NCBI GenBank assembly: GCA_050273025.1
Contig: CP158635.1
Span: 16,678,001-16,742,000 of the forward strand
Direction: 5' to 3'
Length of the DNA: 64,000 nucleotides
DNA from: Cenococcum geophilum
Lineage: Eukaryota
Below are positions 53,001 to 64,000 of this stretch, in pieces. Position 1 is the stretch's first letter; every line of letters starts with the position of its first letter. The notes under the pieces are model-generated. The model made no database searches. It had not been told where the DNA came from and worked only from the letters and a program-made list of their open reading frames with translations. Position numbers and translations under genes: made by a program.

Positions 53001-54515
53001 CTACTTAATTCCTGCCCGTAAGAAATAGCCTTTTGCCCTTTTATTAAATCCTTATTGCTCTACCGCATAGTTTAAAAAGTCACTAAAGTTATTCTATAGT
53101 TTAGCTTTAAATTAATAAGTACGCAGCCACTACTTTAAGTCATAAAAAGAGGCCTTAATTGGATTAAAATTGGGTAAGTGTAAGAGTATATATATTAGGT
53201 CCCGCCGCGCTTACAACAAGTTCGCAAGCACTCTCAGTCTTTTTGGCCGTATGGCGACGTGGAGGCGGGCCACGTTACAATTGTGCTTGCGAACTTACTG
53301 GGGCCAGGTATCATAGATTCGATCCCTATCGGTTACTTCGCTCTAGTATAGTCTAACGCACATCCGTGTAATGAGGTATTAGTGAAGATTCCAATCGCTT
53401 ATGTTATTGGGGACTAACTAATATAGTAATACTTTTGGCGTTTAATCCCTGTGGCGCGAACGGGCGTATAGAGGAATCCCTGCGAGCGCTCAAGGACGAG
53501 CGCGCAGAGGAGAGGGCAATTGTAAGAGTATATATATTAGGTCCCGCCGCGCTTGCGACAAGTTCGCAAGCACTCTCAGTCTTTTTGGCCGTATGGCGAC
53601 GTGGAGGCGGGCTACGTTACAGTAAGTAAGGAGGAAGATATTTAAGTTTAACACTAGCAGCATTGCAGAGGCGTTAAACTTCCTAGATTTAAGTAAGCAG
53701 CAGCGTTAGCGCGCCTATCCTTTATGGTTACTATATACCTTATTATAATGGATTAATATATTATCTATTACTAAAACTAAACGAGGCTATAGATAAGGCT
53801 GCATATAAGTAAAAACCTCGTTCTTTATTTACTAAATAAATATTAACCCGTTAACAGAGCCTTAGTATATTAACCAACTAGGTATATAGCCCTGCTAGGT
53901 ATACGCTAGTAGTAAGCTCTATCTTTTAAATCTCTTTAATTCCGACATTCCTTTAGTAGGCTTATTAATAGGTGCCCACCTATACTTCCTATCTATTGTC
54001 TTCTTATTATAAGCTAATTCGTTAATAAAAATAAACTAATTGCGCCTATAGCTACAGGTCCAAATAATCTAGTCGTCTCTTAAGCCTAGGTTGCGTTATT
54101 GCGCAATTATCCTTATAACCTTTCTACTCCATCTCCTTTGCTTTAATCCAGCCAATAGCGTACTCCGTGCCACTATTATATTATATTTATTGTATAGAAA
54201 CCAGAGCATCTCTTTAAAATAGGCGTCTGGGCTATATAAGAGGTATTTAAGGAGGCCCTAAGGTACGCGTTAATAAATTAATATTAATAATACCTAACGT
54301 TATATATCTAGAGCCTCATCCATAAGCAGCAGCGGCCTACTACTCGCCTTAATTGGTGGATTAATCTAGCCAAATCTCCTTAAATTTACCCTCTAACGTT
54401 AAAGAGTAGGTCAAGGAACGCGGGTCTTAACTTCTATATAGAAATTGTCGTTGCCGAGGTTAATTAGAGCTTATACAATCGACTTCTGTTTAGTTAACTA
54501 GGCAGGTTTACCCAT
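53001..54515 (-). pseudogene. DD34E transposase (Tc1/IS630 superfamily), two predicted introns, interrupted by a TRIM
   Basis: ATG 54515. De-RIPed FIFIDESA...RKYGWAP, RWSLLPAY, PRSVLVMDN.SIH and LEYLPPYSPDFNPIE, with 34 residues between the second D and the E. Introns ~54305-54258 (donor RIPed) and 53738-53683 (GT..GCTAAC..AG). Confidence 0.92.
53179..53621 (+). mobile_element. TRIM copy 2, 443 bp
   Basis: 101-bp LTRs at 53179-53279 and 53521-53621. TSD GTAAG at 53174-53178 and 53622-53626. PPT AGAGGAGAGGG at 53506-53516. Homologous to copy 1. Confidence 0.96.
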
Positions 54516-54747
54516 AGCTTTAAATATAAGGTAATAATAAGGTGATGGGTGGTGGCATGCGCGAGTACAGAAAAAGGGTTCAAACAGGTGAGGATTCGGC
54601 AAATTTCTATTTTTGATCATGGTTTCTGACATTTGATCGTCTCTTTCCGAAGCGACTATAAGTCATTTGAACCATATCCGAGATATGCGAGGGTAGTGCT
54701 AATGTAGGTGAAACAGGGTAATATATAAGGTCCGGTAGTCGGTTATA

Positions 54748-56137
54748 AAAGATCTACACCTTCCGCCCCTATAAAGACTAGGTAAATTACTAGCTATAAA
54801 TAATAATAATAAGAAGGTAAAGATCCTTATAGAAAGATTTTCCCTTAACTAGCTTTAATAGACCTTAGTAATATTACGAGTAAAGCACTAGTAACTTACC
54901 TAAGGGTTAATAGCGATATAATAACCGAAGAAATAGCCAGAACTATTAGTCGCCTTTTAAATAATATAGTACTAGAACTAGATAGGATTTTAAATAAAGC
55001 CCTAAAGACCTATAGACTACTAATAGCACCTTAGCTTGCGGATATAGCTAGAGTATACTTTATAATAGGCTACTACCTAAAACTTAGAAGAGCTATAATA
55101 ACTTTTATCCTACGTAAAGAAGGTAAAGTAGACTACTTATTCCTAGGGAGCTACCGCTATATTACCTTAGAGAATACCCTAAGTAAGATCTTAGAAAGGG
55201 TAATAGCGGACTATATAGCAGATATGGCTAAGTAATACGCCCTACTACTATAAAGCTAAATAAGGGCAAGAAAAAACTGCTTAACACTATTAGCACTTAC
55301 GCTACTTACTACTATTATTAAATCTGTATAGGCGATACGAAGGGACTTTATAGTATTAATGCTTAGCCTAGATATTAGTAGCGCCTATAACAATATACCC
55401 TATAAGCGTCTCCTATATATTCTTAGGGTAAAAGGCTTTCTAAAATAGATTATATAATTTATTTAAGGGTTTATAGGTTAAAAAGAAATATTACTAATCT
55501 TTAGCGGATACTAAAGCCCCCCTATTACAGTTGCAACAGGAATACTATAAAGATTACCCCTCTCGCCTATACTCTTCCTTTTCTTTATAAGCAACCTACT
55601 TAACTCCTTTAAGGAAGGGGCAACCTAGGGAATAGGCTTTATTAATAATATAAACCTAATTATATACGGGCTAATAGTCGTAAAAAATTACAGAACACTA
55701 GAGAAAGTATATAACACCTATATAGAATAGGTAAGACAATATAGAGTCTAATTCTTACTAGAGAAATACTAGCTAATCTATTTTATAAGAAAACGTAACT
55801 AATCTATAGATCTTTAGCATATAATTTATATTTAAGGCTTTAGGGGTTAACTAGTCTAGGGCCTAAGAGTATTAGGAGTATAGGTAGATAGTAAGCTCTA
55901 GTGGAGCGTATATATAGCGTAAGCGGCCTATAAGGGTTAAGTATAGTATATTATATTATCTAGGATTATTAATTCTATATAGGGCCTATACTTTTAGAGG
56001 TTATACCTACTATATATAGTAGTTATTTAGCTAACTATAACGTATAGGTCTAGTATCTGGGCCATTAGAGAATCTAAAAAAGGCCCCCCTAAATCGCTCC
56101 TTAAACTACTTTAAAAGGTCTAAATAGCCTGCCTCTA
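54748..56137 (+). pseudogene. Tad-clade LINE ORF2, piece 3: reverse transcriptase
   Basis: De-RIPed APGPDGI, KEGK.DY..PGSYR.ITLENTLSKILE, QMGARKNRST, LSLDISGAYDNV, GIPQGSPLSPILF, GF.DD.N and LRVLGVWVDSKL.W. Confidence 0.92.
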
Positions 56138-59100
56138 TGTAACGGAACCTTGTAGCAAGAACTACGATGGGTTCGTTAATAGGCTAGGTGTATAGGAAAT
56201 GCAAGTATAAAAGTCAACAATGTAATAATAACTGGTGGAGTGGTTGCCTAACAAATTAACTTTAATTGTATTCTAAGAATTACTATAAGGAAAGGAACTA
56301 TCTAGGTAGGGACTAAGGGTCCTTAAATACACAACCGTATTCCTAAGAAATCCTTTCTTATATGTGAGGTACGTGTGGTCCGTATTAAACGTAACGTTCC
56401 TTATATTTAACATAGCTAACACGTTTAACCGTTATATGACTTACTTACTATTTCTTATTATATAGTTCTACGGGTTCTATTTTAGACTGTACCTATATTA
56501 ACTAACTAGCTTCTTCTGTCTCTTCTTTAAGTAGTTATAATATTGTACTTAAAGCGTCCGTAACACTATCTCCCTCCTCTTTATCTTTATCCTTAAAGAT
56601 TTAAAATATCTCTAAGTTATTTACTAGAGGTATAATGTTTATCTAATTAATTTGGTTAATATCGTTACTTATAATACCTAAAGCACTTTCTTCTCTTTCT
56701 TAGGTTGAGCGTCGCCTCTGTACCGTTTCCTTAATATTATCTCTAGGTAAAATAATAGCGATCCCTTACTCTTATTGTGTAAAAGAGGGGTTAAGTTACG
56801 TTATAATTGCGAATCCTTCCAGTTACTAACCCTCCTCCTATTCTAAATATACTCGCGCTAATATACGTTTATTATATAACGTTTGTTCTATATCTAATAC
56901 TAAGTATATATATTCTATTACTCTTAACAGTCTTTAAGTTCCCTAAGTAATTTGTTATAGGGTCTTATATTTAGTCTACCGCTGCCAAACTTAATAGTAA
57001 GCTAGCCTCTGCGCTACTCGCGGTTTAGCGTGCCTTAGAAGAGTCCGCATATATCCTTAAAGCTTAGCGTCTAGCTTATATTTATCTTTAGCGTCTAGAA
57101 TATATTTATAAGAAGGTTTGTTTTAAGGAGTAGAAACTTATAAAATAAGGTTTATAAGAACTTGGTAATAAAAGAACGGATTCTCCTTTAATAGAGAAGG
57201 AAACAGATCTAAGTAGTTCGGCAACTGCTCTTCTTAGGTCCCCCTTAGGTGACTTATTCTTTAGCAATCCTTCTTTATTAATACTGCCTAACCTAATCTC
57301 TTCTAATACTCCTGTACCTTTCTTATAGCGTTTTTTAAATTCTCTAGTGGCTCCTAGGTAGTCTTAGTGTAGCCTATCCACTTAACCTTATACTATATTT
57401 CGTCGTTAATGTCCTTATAACTGACGATCTTTAATACTTACTATTTATCTTCCTCTTATCCTTTATATATATCTGCTTTATAAACCAGTGGCTTAATATT
57501 TCTATATACTAGCTCTAGCATTACAATATGCTATATAGGGTAGATCTTTATTTTAGCTAGTAGGTTTAACTTAAACGTAACCAGTAAAATCCTCTATATA
57601 ATTTTAAAAGGTCCTAGTCTAACATAGTCTAATTTCTTACTTAGTCGTTAACTCTTAAAATTTTTATATAGTAGCTATACTTTATCTCCCTCCTTAAGAT
57701 CTAGTCCCTTAGATCTCTTAGCATTATAGTACTTTTTTATTCTCTTTTATACTTTCTTTACTAATTCCATAAGGTCTGTATAAAGATTTATTAATATCTT
57801 TATTCTTTCTTTAGCTATACTACTTATTTTCTTTACTTACTATAGTAATAACGATATTCTTAGCTTATATCTATAATTTGCCTTAAATAGTAATATGCCT
57901 ATTCCTTCTTAAGGTGTTATATTATATATAAACTATATAACTAGTAATAGCGATACCTAATTATTCTGTGCATAATTAATATAATGCTTTAGATACTGCT
58001 CTAGCGTCTAATTTAATCTTTTTATTTAACCGTCTATCTGCGGATAATATACGGTAGAAGTTGCTGCTTAAACTCCTTACTCCGCTAAAAATACTTCCCA
58101 AAATATTACTATAAATCTTAGATCTCTATCCAATATAATCTTACTTAGTGCTCTATATCTTATAAACACTTCTTTAATATAGATTCTAGCGACATCTTTT
58201 ACTAAGATTTCTTCTATACATGCTATAAAGTATCCCCACTTTATAAGCTTATCTACTATTACTAAAATCGCGTTATAATCTTATCTGGTAATAGGATCTT
58301 TTAATTTTAGCAACTTAATAATAAAGTCCTATAATATAACCTCCTATAGTCTCTCTAGTATTTTAATAGGTTGTAGCCCTCTATATAGCTTATGCCTTAT
58401 TAGTTTATTCCTTTAGCAATTTAGATATTCCTTTATAACCTTTCTAGCTATCCTTTAGATTCCGTTAATAATATACTCCTCCTAGAGTCTTAATACTAAG
58501 CCTATAGCTCTATTATGTCCTTAAGTTAGTCCCTTATAGAAGTCCTCTATAAACTACTTTACTATACTTCTTAGGATATACTTTACTTCTTAATTTTCGT
58601 ATATATCCGTCTATAAATCTTCTAGCTATACTTCTAGAATTCTTTATACCTAAAAGCTTTCTAGTATCTTATAGACTTTCTCTAGTCTATTATCTTCTTA
58701 AGTTGCTATAATTTTTGGATAATTATATCTAATTAATCCGTCTATATCTTTTTGTAATAAAGCCCCTAATAGCTTTTCCTTATTTTATAGTTTAGCTTTA
58801 CGGCTTAGAGTATCTACCCGCGTATTATCTGTACCTTTAGTATACTAAATCTTAAAATAGTATTCCGTAAGCATCTCTACCCATCTAACCTATCTTTAGT
58901 TAAGTTCCTTTATTATTAGGAATTCTGTTAAGTTCTTATAATCCATCTTAACTATAAATAGTTTCTCTATGCCTTATAAGAATGCTCTCTATTTCTTTAA
59001 TACTATAACTATACCTAATAACTCCTTATTATAGATATTATAGTTTAACTCCAGTAGTATTATCTTCCGACTATAATATGCCACTAGGTGCTATCTATCT

Positions 59101-62100
59101 TAATACCTTTATATAAAGTACGCCCCTAGTATATAGTCTAATATATCTATTTTTATAACTATCTCTAGTCCTAGTTAATAGATCTTAAGAACTGGCTCTT
59201 AGGTAAACAATTCTTTAACTTTTTTAAAGAGTTCTCTCTACTCCTCTCCCTATGTCTATAGTTCTCCTTTCTTTATTAACCGCGTAAATGGCTTAATATC
59301 CTTTAACTACTACGCTATAAACCTTCTATAGTAATTGCAAAACCCTAGGAATAATTTTAACTATATAACGTTCTCTAGTTCTTACTAATTTACTATAGCC
59401 TTAATCTTCTTTAGATCTATACTAAGTTAGCCTAGTTTAATAATAAATCTAATAAAATCGGTCTTCCTAGTAAAGAACTCGCATTTTTTAATTGCTACTA
59501 GTATCTGTTCTTCTTATAGTCTCTTTAAAACCCATTTACCGTATTCCCTATATTCTTCCTTAGTTATTAAGTAGATAATAATATCGTTAAGATATACTAT
59601 AATAAATTCATCCAAGTGTTCTCTTAATACGTTATTAATACGCTTTTAGAACGTTGCTAGTGCGTTTATAAGCCCGAATTATATAACTAGTAGTTTATAT
59701 AGTTCTTCCTTTAACCTAAAGGCTGCCTTTTATTTGTTGCCTTCCTTAATTCTAATCTAATAGTACGCCCATCTTAAATCTATCTTTGTAAAGATTTACG
59801 CATTGCCTATCCTATCTTAGATCTCGCTAATTAAGGGTAAAGGATACCTATCCTTCCTAGTAATGCTGTTTAACTATCTATAGTTAATATATAGCCTTAG
59901 TTTACTATTCTTCTTTAGTATAAATAGTACTGGATAACCCGCTAATAACTGCAATAGTCTAATATATCCCTTTCGTAGGTTTTCCTAGATAAACTCTTTT
60001 AACGCTCTACCTTCTTCTTCAGTAAGCTTGTAGATTAAAAAGAACTTTAGACTTATTCCTAGTTCTAACTCTATTTTATAGTCCCATGCTATATATTCTA
60101 ACAGCTTTTCACTTTCTAGTGACTATAGTTTCTTGCCGTACTTATGGTATTTCTTTAGTATATAACTTAGTCCTTTTTCTATTTCTTCATAGGTTGCTCC
60201 TACTTAGTACTATACTAACTTGGCTTATTATTACATCTTGCGGTATTAAATATCTCTAATATTAACCTAACCTATAATCCAATTAATCCTTAGATTGTAT
60301 TTCTGTAATTAAGGCATACCTAATACTACCTCGTCCCGTCCCAATAGTAGGATATTAAAAGATATCTTAATTTATCTTCCTTTAATAGTTATCTAAATAG
60401 GTCCTGTTTTAAGATTAATAATCCCTCCTCTATAGGTTATTAGATCTCCTAAAATCGTAACTAATAGGTAAGATTGCTCCTTTTATCTATAAGGTAATCC
60501 TATTCTTTTAACTGCTGCTAGTAAGATATAGTTCCGCGTTACTCCACTATTTATTAGCACTTTAAACTATTAATTTTACCAATTAATTTATAAGTTTAGG
60601 TGTCGTCTTTAAATTCCTTTAAGGGTCTAAGGTTCTACTACTGGCTCCCTCTAGTCCTATAGGCCTCTACTTTTCCTAACTATTAGCTGCTTAATCCTAG
60701 TATACTTAGCTTACTCTTTAGCTAATGCCTAGTTCGCTTTTTATCTTTAATATACCATAGATACGTGTTTTCTAGGCATTCCCACTACTATTGTTTATCT
60801 AAGCATTCTTCCATAAGGAATCTTCCTAGTTAAAGTACTAAACTTCCTTCCTCTTAGACCTCTATTGGATGCCATCTATATATATATTTAGTATTCTTAT
60901 ACTATTACTTATCTATTATCTAGTATATCCTTATAGGGTATTTCCGATTCTTTTCTTTTGGATTCTTATGCATTTTGCATATATTATCTACATATATAAT
61001 CTATAATATTATATAGTATGCTGGGTGCTTTAGGTTAACTCTTAGCTTGTCTTTATCCCTAAGTTTAAACCTTTATCGTGTTAATCTAAACGTTATAACT
61101 TTATTTGTAGGTACTAAGATACATTTCTTACTTCTCTAGTCCTTTAAATATTCCTCTAGATCCTTTAACGTTATAATTAAGGCTCCTTTAATATATATTA
61201 TAGCCTTTTCTGTAATCGGGTGGTCCTAAATAACTTTTTCATCTAACTATATATAGAAATCTTCCCACTTATTATTGTGTTGTTGTCTATACCACTTTTA
61301 GTACAGCTGCTTAAGTGTATATAGTCTGTCCATAAGGAAATATCTCTTTATTGCTACGTTGTGACAGCCTTTAGTATATCGTTCTTCGAACCTAGTAGGA
61401 ATCCCTAAATCCTCTTCTTATTCCAATTTAGTAAGCTACTTAGCTCTTAGTATACCTACTCTCGGCCTATTAGTAATTCTTTGTACTAGTGCTCTGTCCT
61501 TTATACGTCCTAATATACTAGATCTCTTATCTAGTTTCTATTCTTACTATAAGGTAATTCTTACTCTAAATTCCTCTATAGTTTCCTTTACGTCATGTCT
61601 TATAAGTAGATCCTTAAAGTCTCCTTACTTCTTAATCTTGGTATTAACTTTTTAATCTTTAATCCGAATACTTTGTTTAACTAGTAAGTCCTCTAGGTCT
61701 ATATACTTATCTCCCAGTCTAATTACTATTTATGCCGTAGATTCTCTAATCTATAAAGAAGCTCTTGGCCTCTTATCTATAGGTGTTCTAATTTGTACTC
61801 CGAATTCTTAACTCCTTAGATTCTTTAATCCTAAGCTTGCTTCTAACTTAAGCTTAGCCCCTGCCTTAGTCTAACTAGGCTTAACTAGTGTCCTCGTTTT
61901 GTCTTAAGAGTCCTAGATCTCATTTATCTCGTCTTAAGAATCTTGTGCCGTTGGGAATTCTTGTCCTAAGCTTATTCGTATATCTTTAAACTAAGCCGCT
62001 GCTCTACTTTATCGGTTTCTGTCCGTTATAGGTCCTTAAGCTTGCCTTATCTCGTCTTAAGAATCTTAGTTGTCTCTTATCTCTTCTTAAGAATCTTAAG

Positions 62101-64000
62101 CCTTTGGCCTTTTGCCTTTATTAAGTGCTAAAGTTGTTCGCTGTTCTACTTCTCTTATGTCTTATAAAGCAATAGATATCGTGTTTAGTGGGGTTTTAAT
62201 CCCTACTAATATTCCCTATTCTATAGTAGAATTATCCTCTACCTTTATTATAATATCTCTAAGGTCTGCTCGCTCCTAGTAAGCGGCCCTTATTGCCTTA
62301 TTATTACGGAATGTTTCGCCTAGGTTGAATTTATTATCTTTAATATCCGATCTGCGAACTAGTTTATTAGTTCCTCTATATCCTACAGGTGCTAGCTCTT
62401 ATAGCCAATAGCTTACGCCGTACTTAGCGTCCTTATAAATTCGGTATATGTTGTTATAACAAAACGTAAAACTTTTAATTGAATATTCCTTTGTTCTTTA
62501 CAGTATATTATTATCCCTTTATATATGTATATTGTCTGCTAATCTCGTTCCTTTTACTATATAGTAACTCTGCCTACTTCTATAGTCTCTAATATAATAA
62601 CCCTATTTTCCGCAATTTATATAAGCTCCTTTTTTGAACTATTTCTCTTGCTATAGAGTCCGCCTAAATGTCTTCTGCTGTTAAGATCCCTAATTTGGCT
62701 TCTGCTCCTTAGACCTTTAATTACTTAATCCTTATCCTCTAGGTTTCTATAGTTTGCTCCATCTCTTATAGGCTTCTTTAATACCACTTAGGTCCATTAG
62801 CTCTGCGCTATATTATAGTTTCTAACTTAGCTTTTGTCGTTGCGTACTCTGCGCCTTATACAACTATAGAACTCTATTCTAGCCTTTCTTAGCCTATTCC
62901 CTTTAGTAGATCTAATTATTAATCTTAATCGCCTAATTTATTAGTTCCCTTAGGGTATCCGCATCTTCCATTAGGATAATCGCGTCCTAGACTTTAGCCT
63001 TAAGTCCCTATTTATACTATACTATAAGCGCCCTATTATTCCACTCTACTTATATTACTAGTATCTAGAACTATATCGTATACTTAATTGCTAAAGTTTG
63101 TTGCATAAAGTTCTAGAGTTTTCTTTCCGCTATAGTTGTCTCTTCTAGGTCTCTAAATATCTACGTAAGTTGTTCTACAAATCCTTCCCAACTTAAGAAT
63201 ATAAATCGCACGTCTTAGTTAGCGGTCGTTATTCCGTTTGCCTATATCTCCATAAGGTAAGACTTAAACCACTTAAGTGCTTTTCCTAATAAGAATAGTT
63301 CTGCGTAGGCTATCCGATCCACAGGTATAGGTAACTTTACTCCCTCCTATAAAACCTTAAAGTGCATTTATATAAGGAATCCTTTAAGCTTTAACCTCTC
63401 TCCTATAAATCTCTTAATTAATAGTAGCTTAATCTTTGCTGCTTCTATTCTATTAAGTCTTTCTTCTAATACTATATTATTAGCTATTAGCTAGTTAACT
63501 ATTTCCTATAGCTGTCCGACCGTCACAGGTTACTATAAGTCAGTATCCGCCATACTGGTGTCACCTCCTGTTCTTAAAGTAGTTGCTGCCGTTAATAGCG
63601 TCGTAGTGGCTGCTTTTGGTAGCATGTTATTTAACTTCTTATATTAATACCGTAACTAGGTAGTAATTGTGTAACGGAACCTTATAGCAAGAACTATAAT
63701 AGGTTTATTAATAGGCTAGGTGTATAGGAAATGTAAGTATAAAAGTTAACAATGTAATAATAACTGGTGGAGTGGTTGCCTAATAGATTAACTCCAATTA
63801 TATTCTAAGAATTACTATAAGGAAAGGAACTATCTAGGTAGGGACTAAGGGTCCTTAAATACACAACCGTATTCCTAAGAAATCCTTTCTTATACGTGAG
63901 GTACGTGTGGTCCGTATTAAACGTAACGTTCCTTACATTCAACACAGCCAACACGTTTAACCGTCATATGACTCGCTTACCATTCCTCGTCACATGGTTC
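56138..64000 (-). mobile_element. Gypsy family A, copy A6 (5' LTR runs off the window end)
   Basis: 3' LTR 56138-56565, 5' LTR from 63670. Left flank CTCTA. Internal region colinear with A1/A4. Distinct U3 variant. Confidence 0.96.

Larger units (their letters stand above)
51064..54658 (-). mobile_element. Tc1/IS630-type DNA transposon with 115-bp TIRs and two convergent genes
   Basis: TIRs at 51064-51178 and 54544-54658 (CAGTCGCTTCGG..., 4 transition mismatches). TA TSD at 51062-51063 and 54659-54660. Confidence 0.95.
50957..54747 (-). repeat. Solo LTR, family D copy 2 (~194 bp: 50957-51063 plus 54661-54747), split by a DNA transposon
   Basis: The first ~87 bp and last ~18 bp match D1. TSD AAAGA at 50952-50956 and 54748-54752. 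Confidence 0.9.

Noticed and set aside
51257..53640. Accessory ORF extending to ~53640
   Set aside because: Beyond ~53000 the sequence is the antisense of the transposase C-terminus; a stop near 52970-52978 is more parsimonious.

Overview
This is an AT-rich fungal transposon graveyard heavily mutated by repeat-induced point mutation (RIP). TpA is abundant, CpA/TpG is depleted, and stops sit at former CAA/CAG/CGA/TGG codons, which points to a filamentous ascomycete (species not assignable). I found no host gene, RNA gene or intact ORF. The whole window resolves into one nest, supported by target-site duplications (TSDs), built on a single Tad-clade LINE whose ORF2 survives as three in-frame pieces. 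Four things are inserted directly in the LINE. (1) Gypsy/chromovirus B carries Gypsy A2 (which itself carries A1), A3, a 1.16-kb retroposon and a 421-bp miniature LTR element (TRIM). (2) Gypsy C carries A4, A5, a solo LTR and a clean 18.4-kb internal inversion. (3) A second solo LTR carries a two-gene Tc1/IS630 DD34E transposon, which carries a second TRIM. (4) Gypsy A6. The most notable observations are a self-priming (tRNA-independent) TRIM family, a Tc1-like transposon with a convergent ~570-codon Cys/His-motif accessory gene, and extra antisense and sense reading frames in the 3' region of family A. Also notable are a hairpin shared by families B and C and the frame-perfect inversion. Protein sequences were translated and de-RIPed by eye and are approximate.
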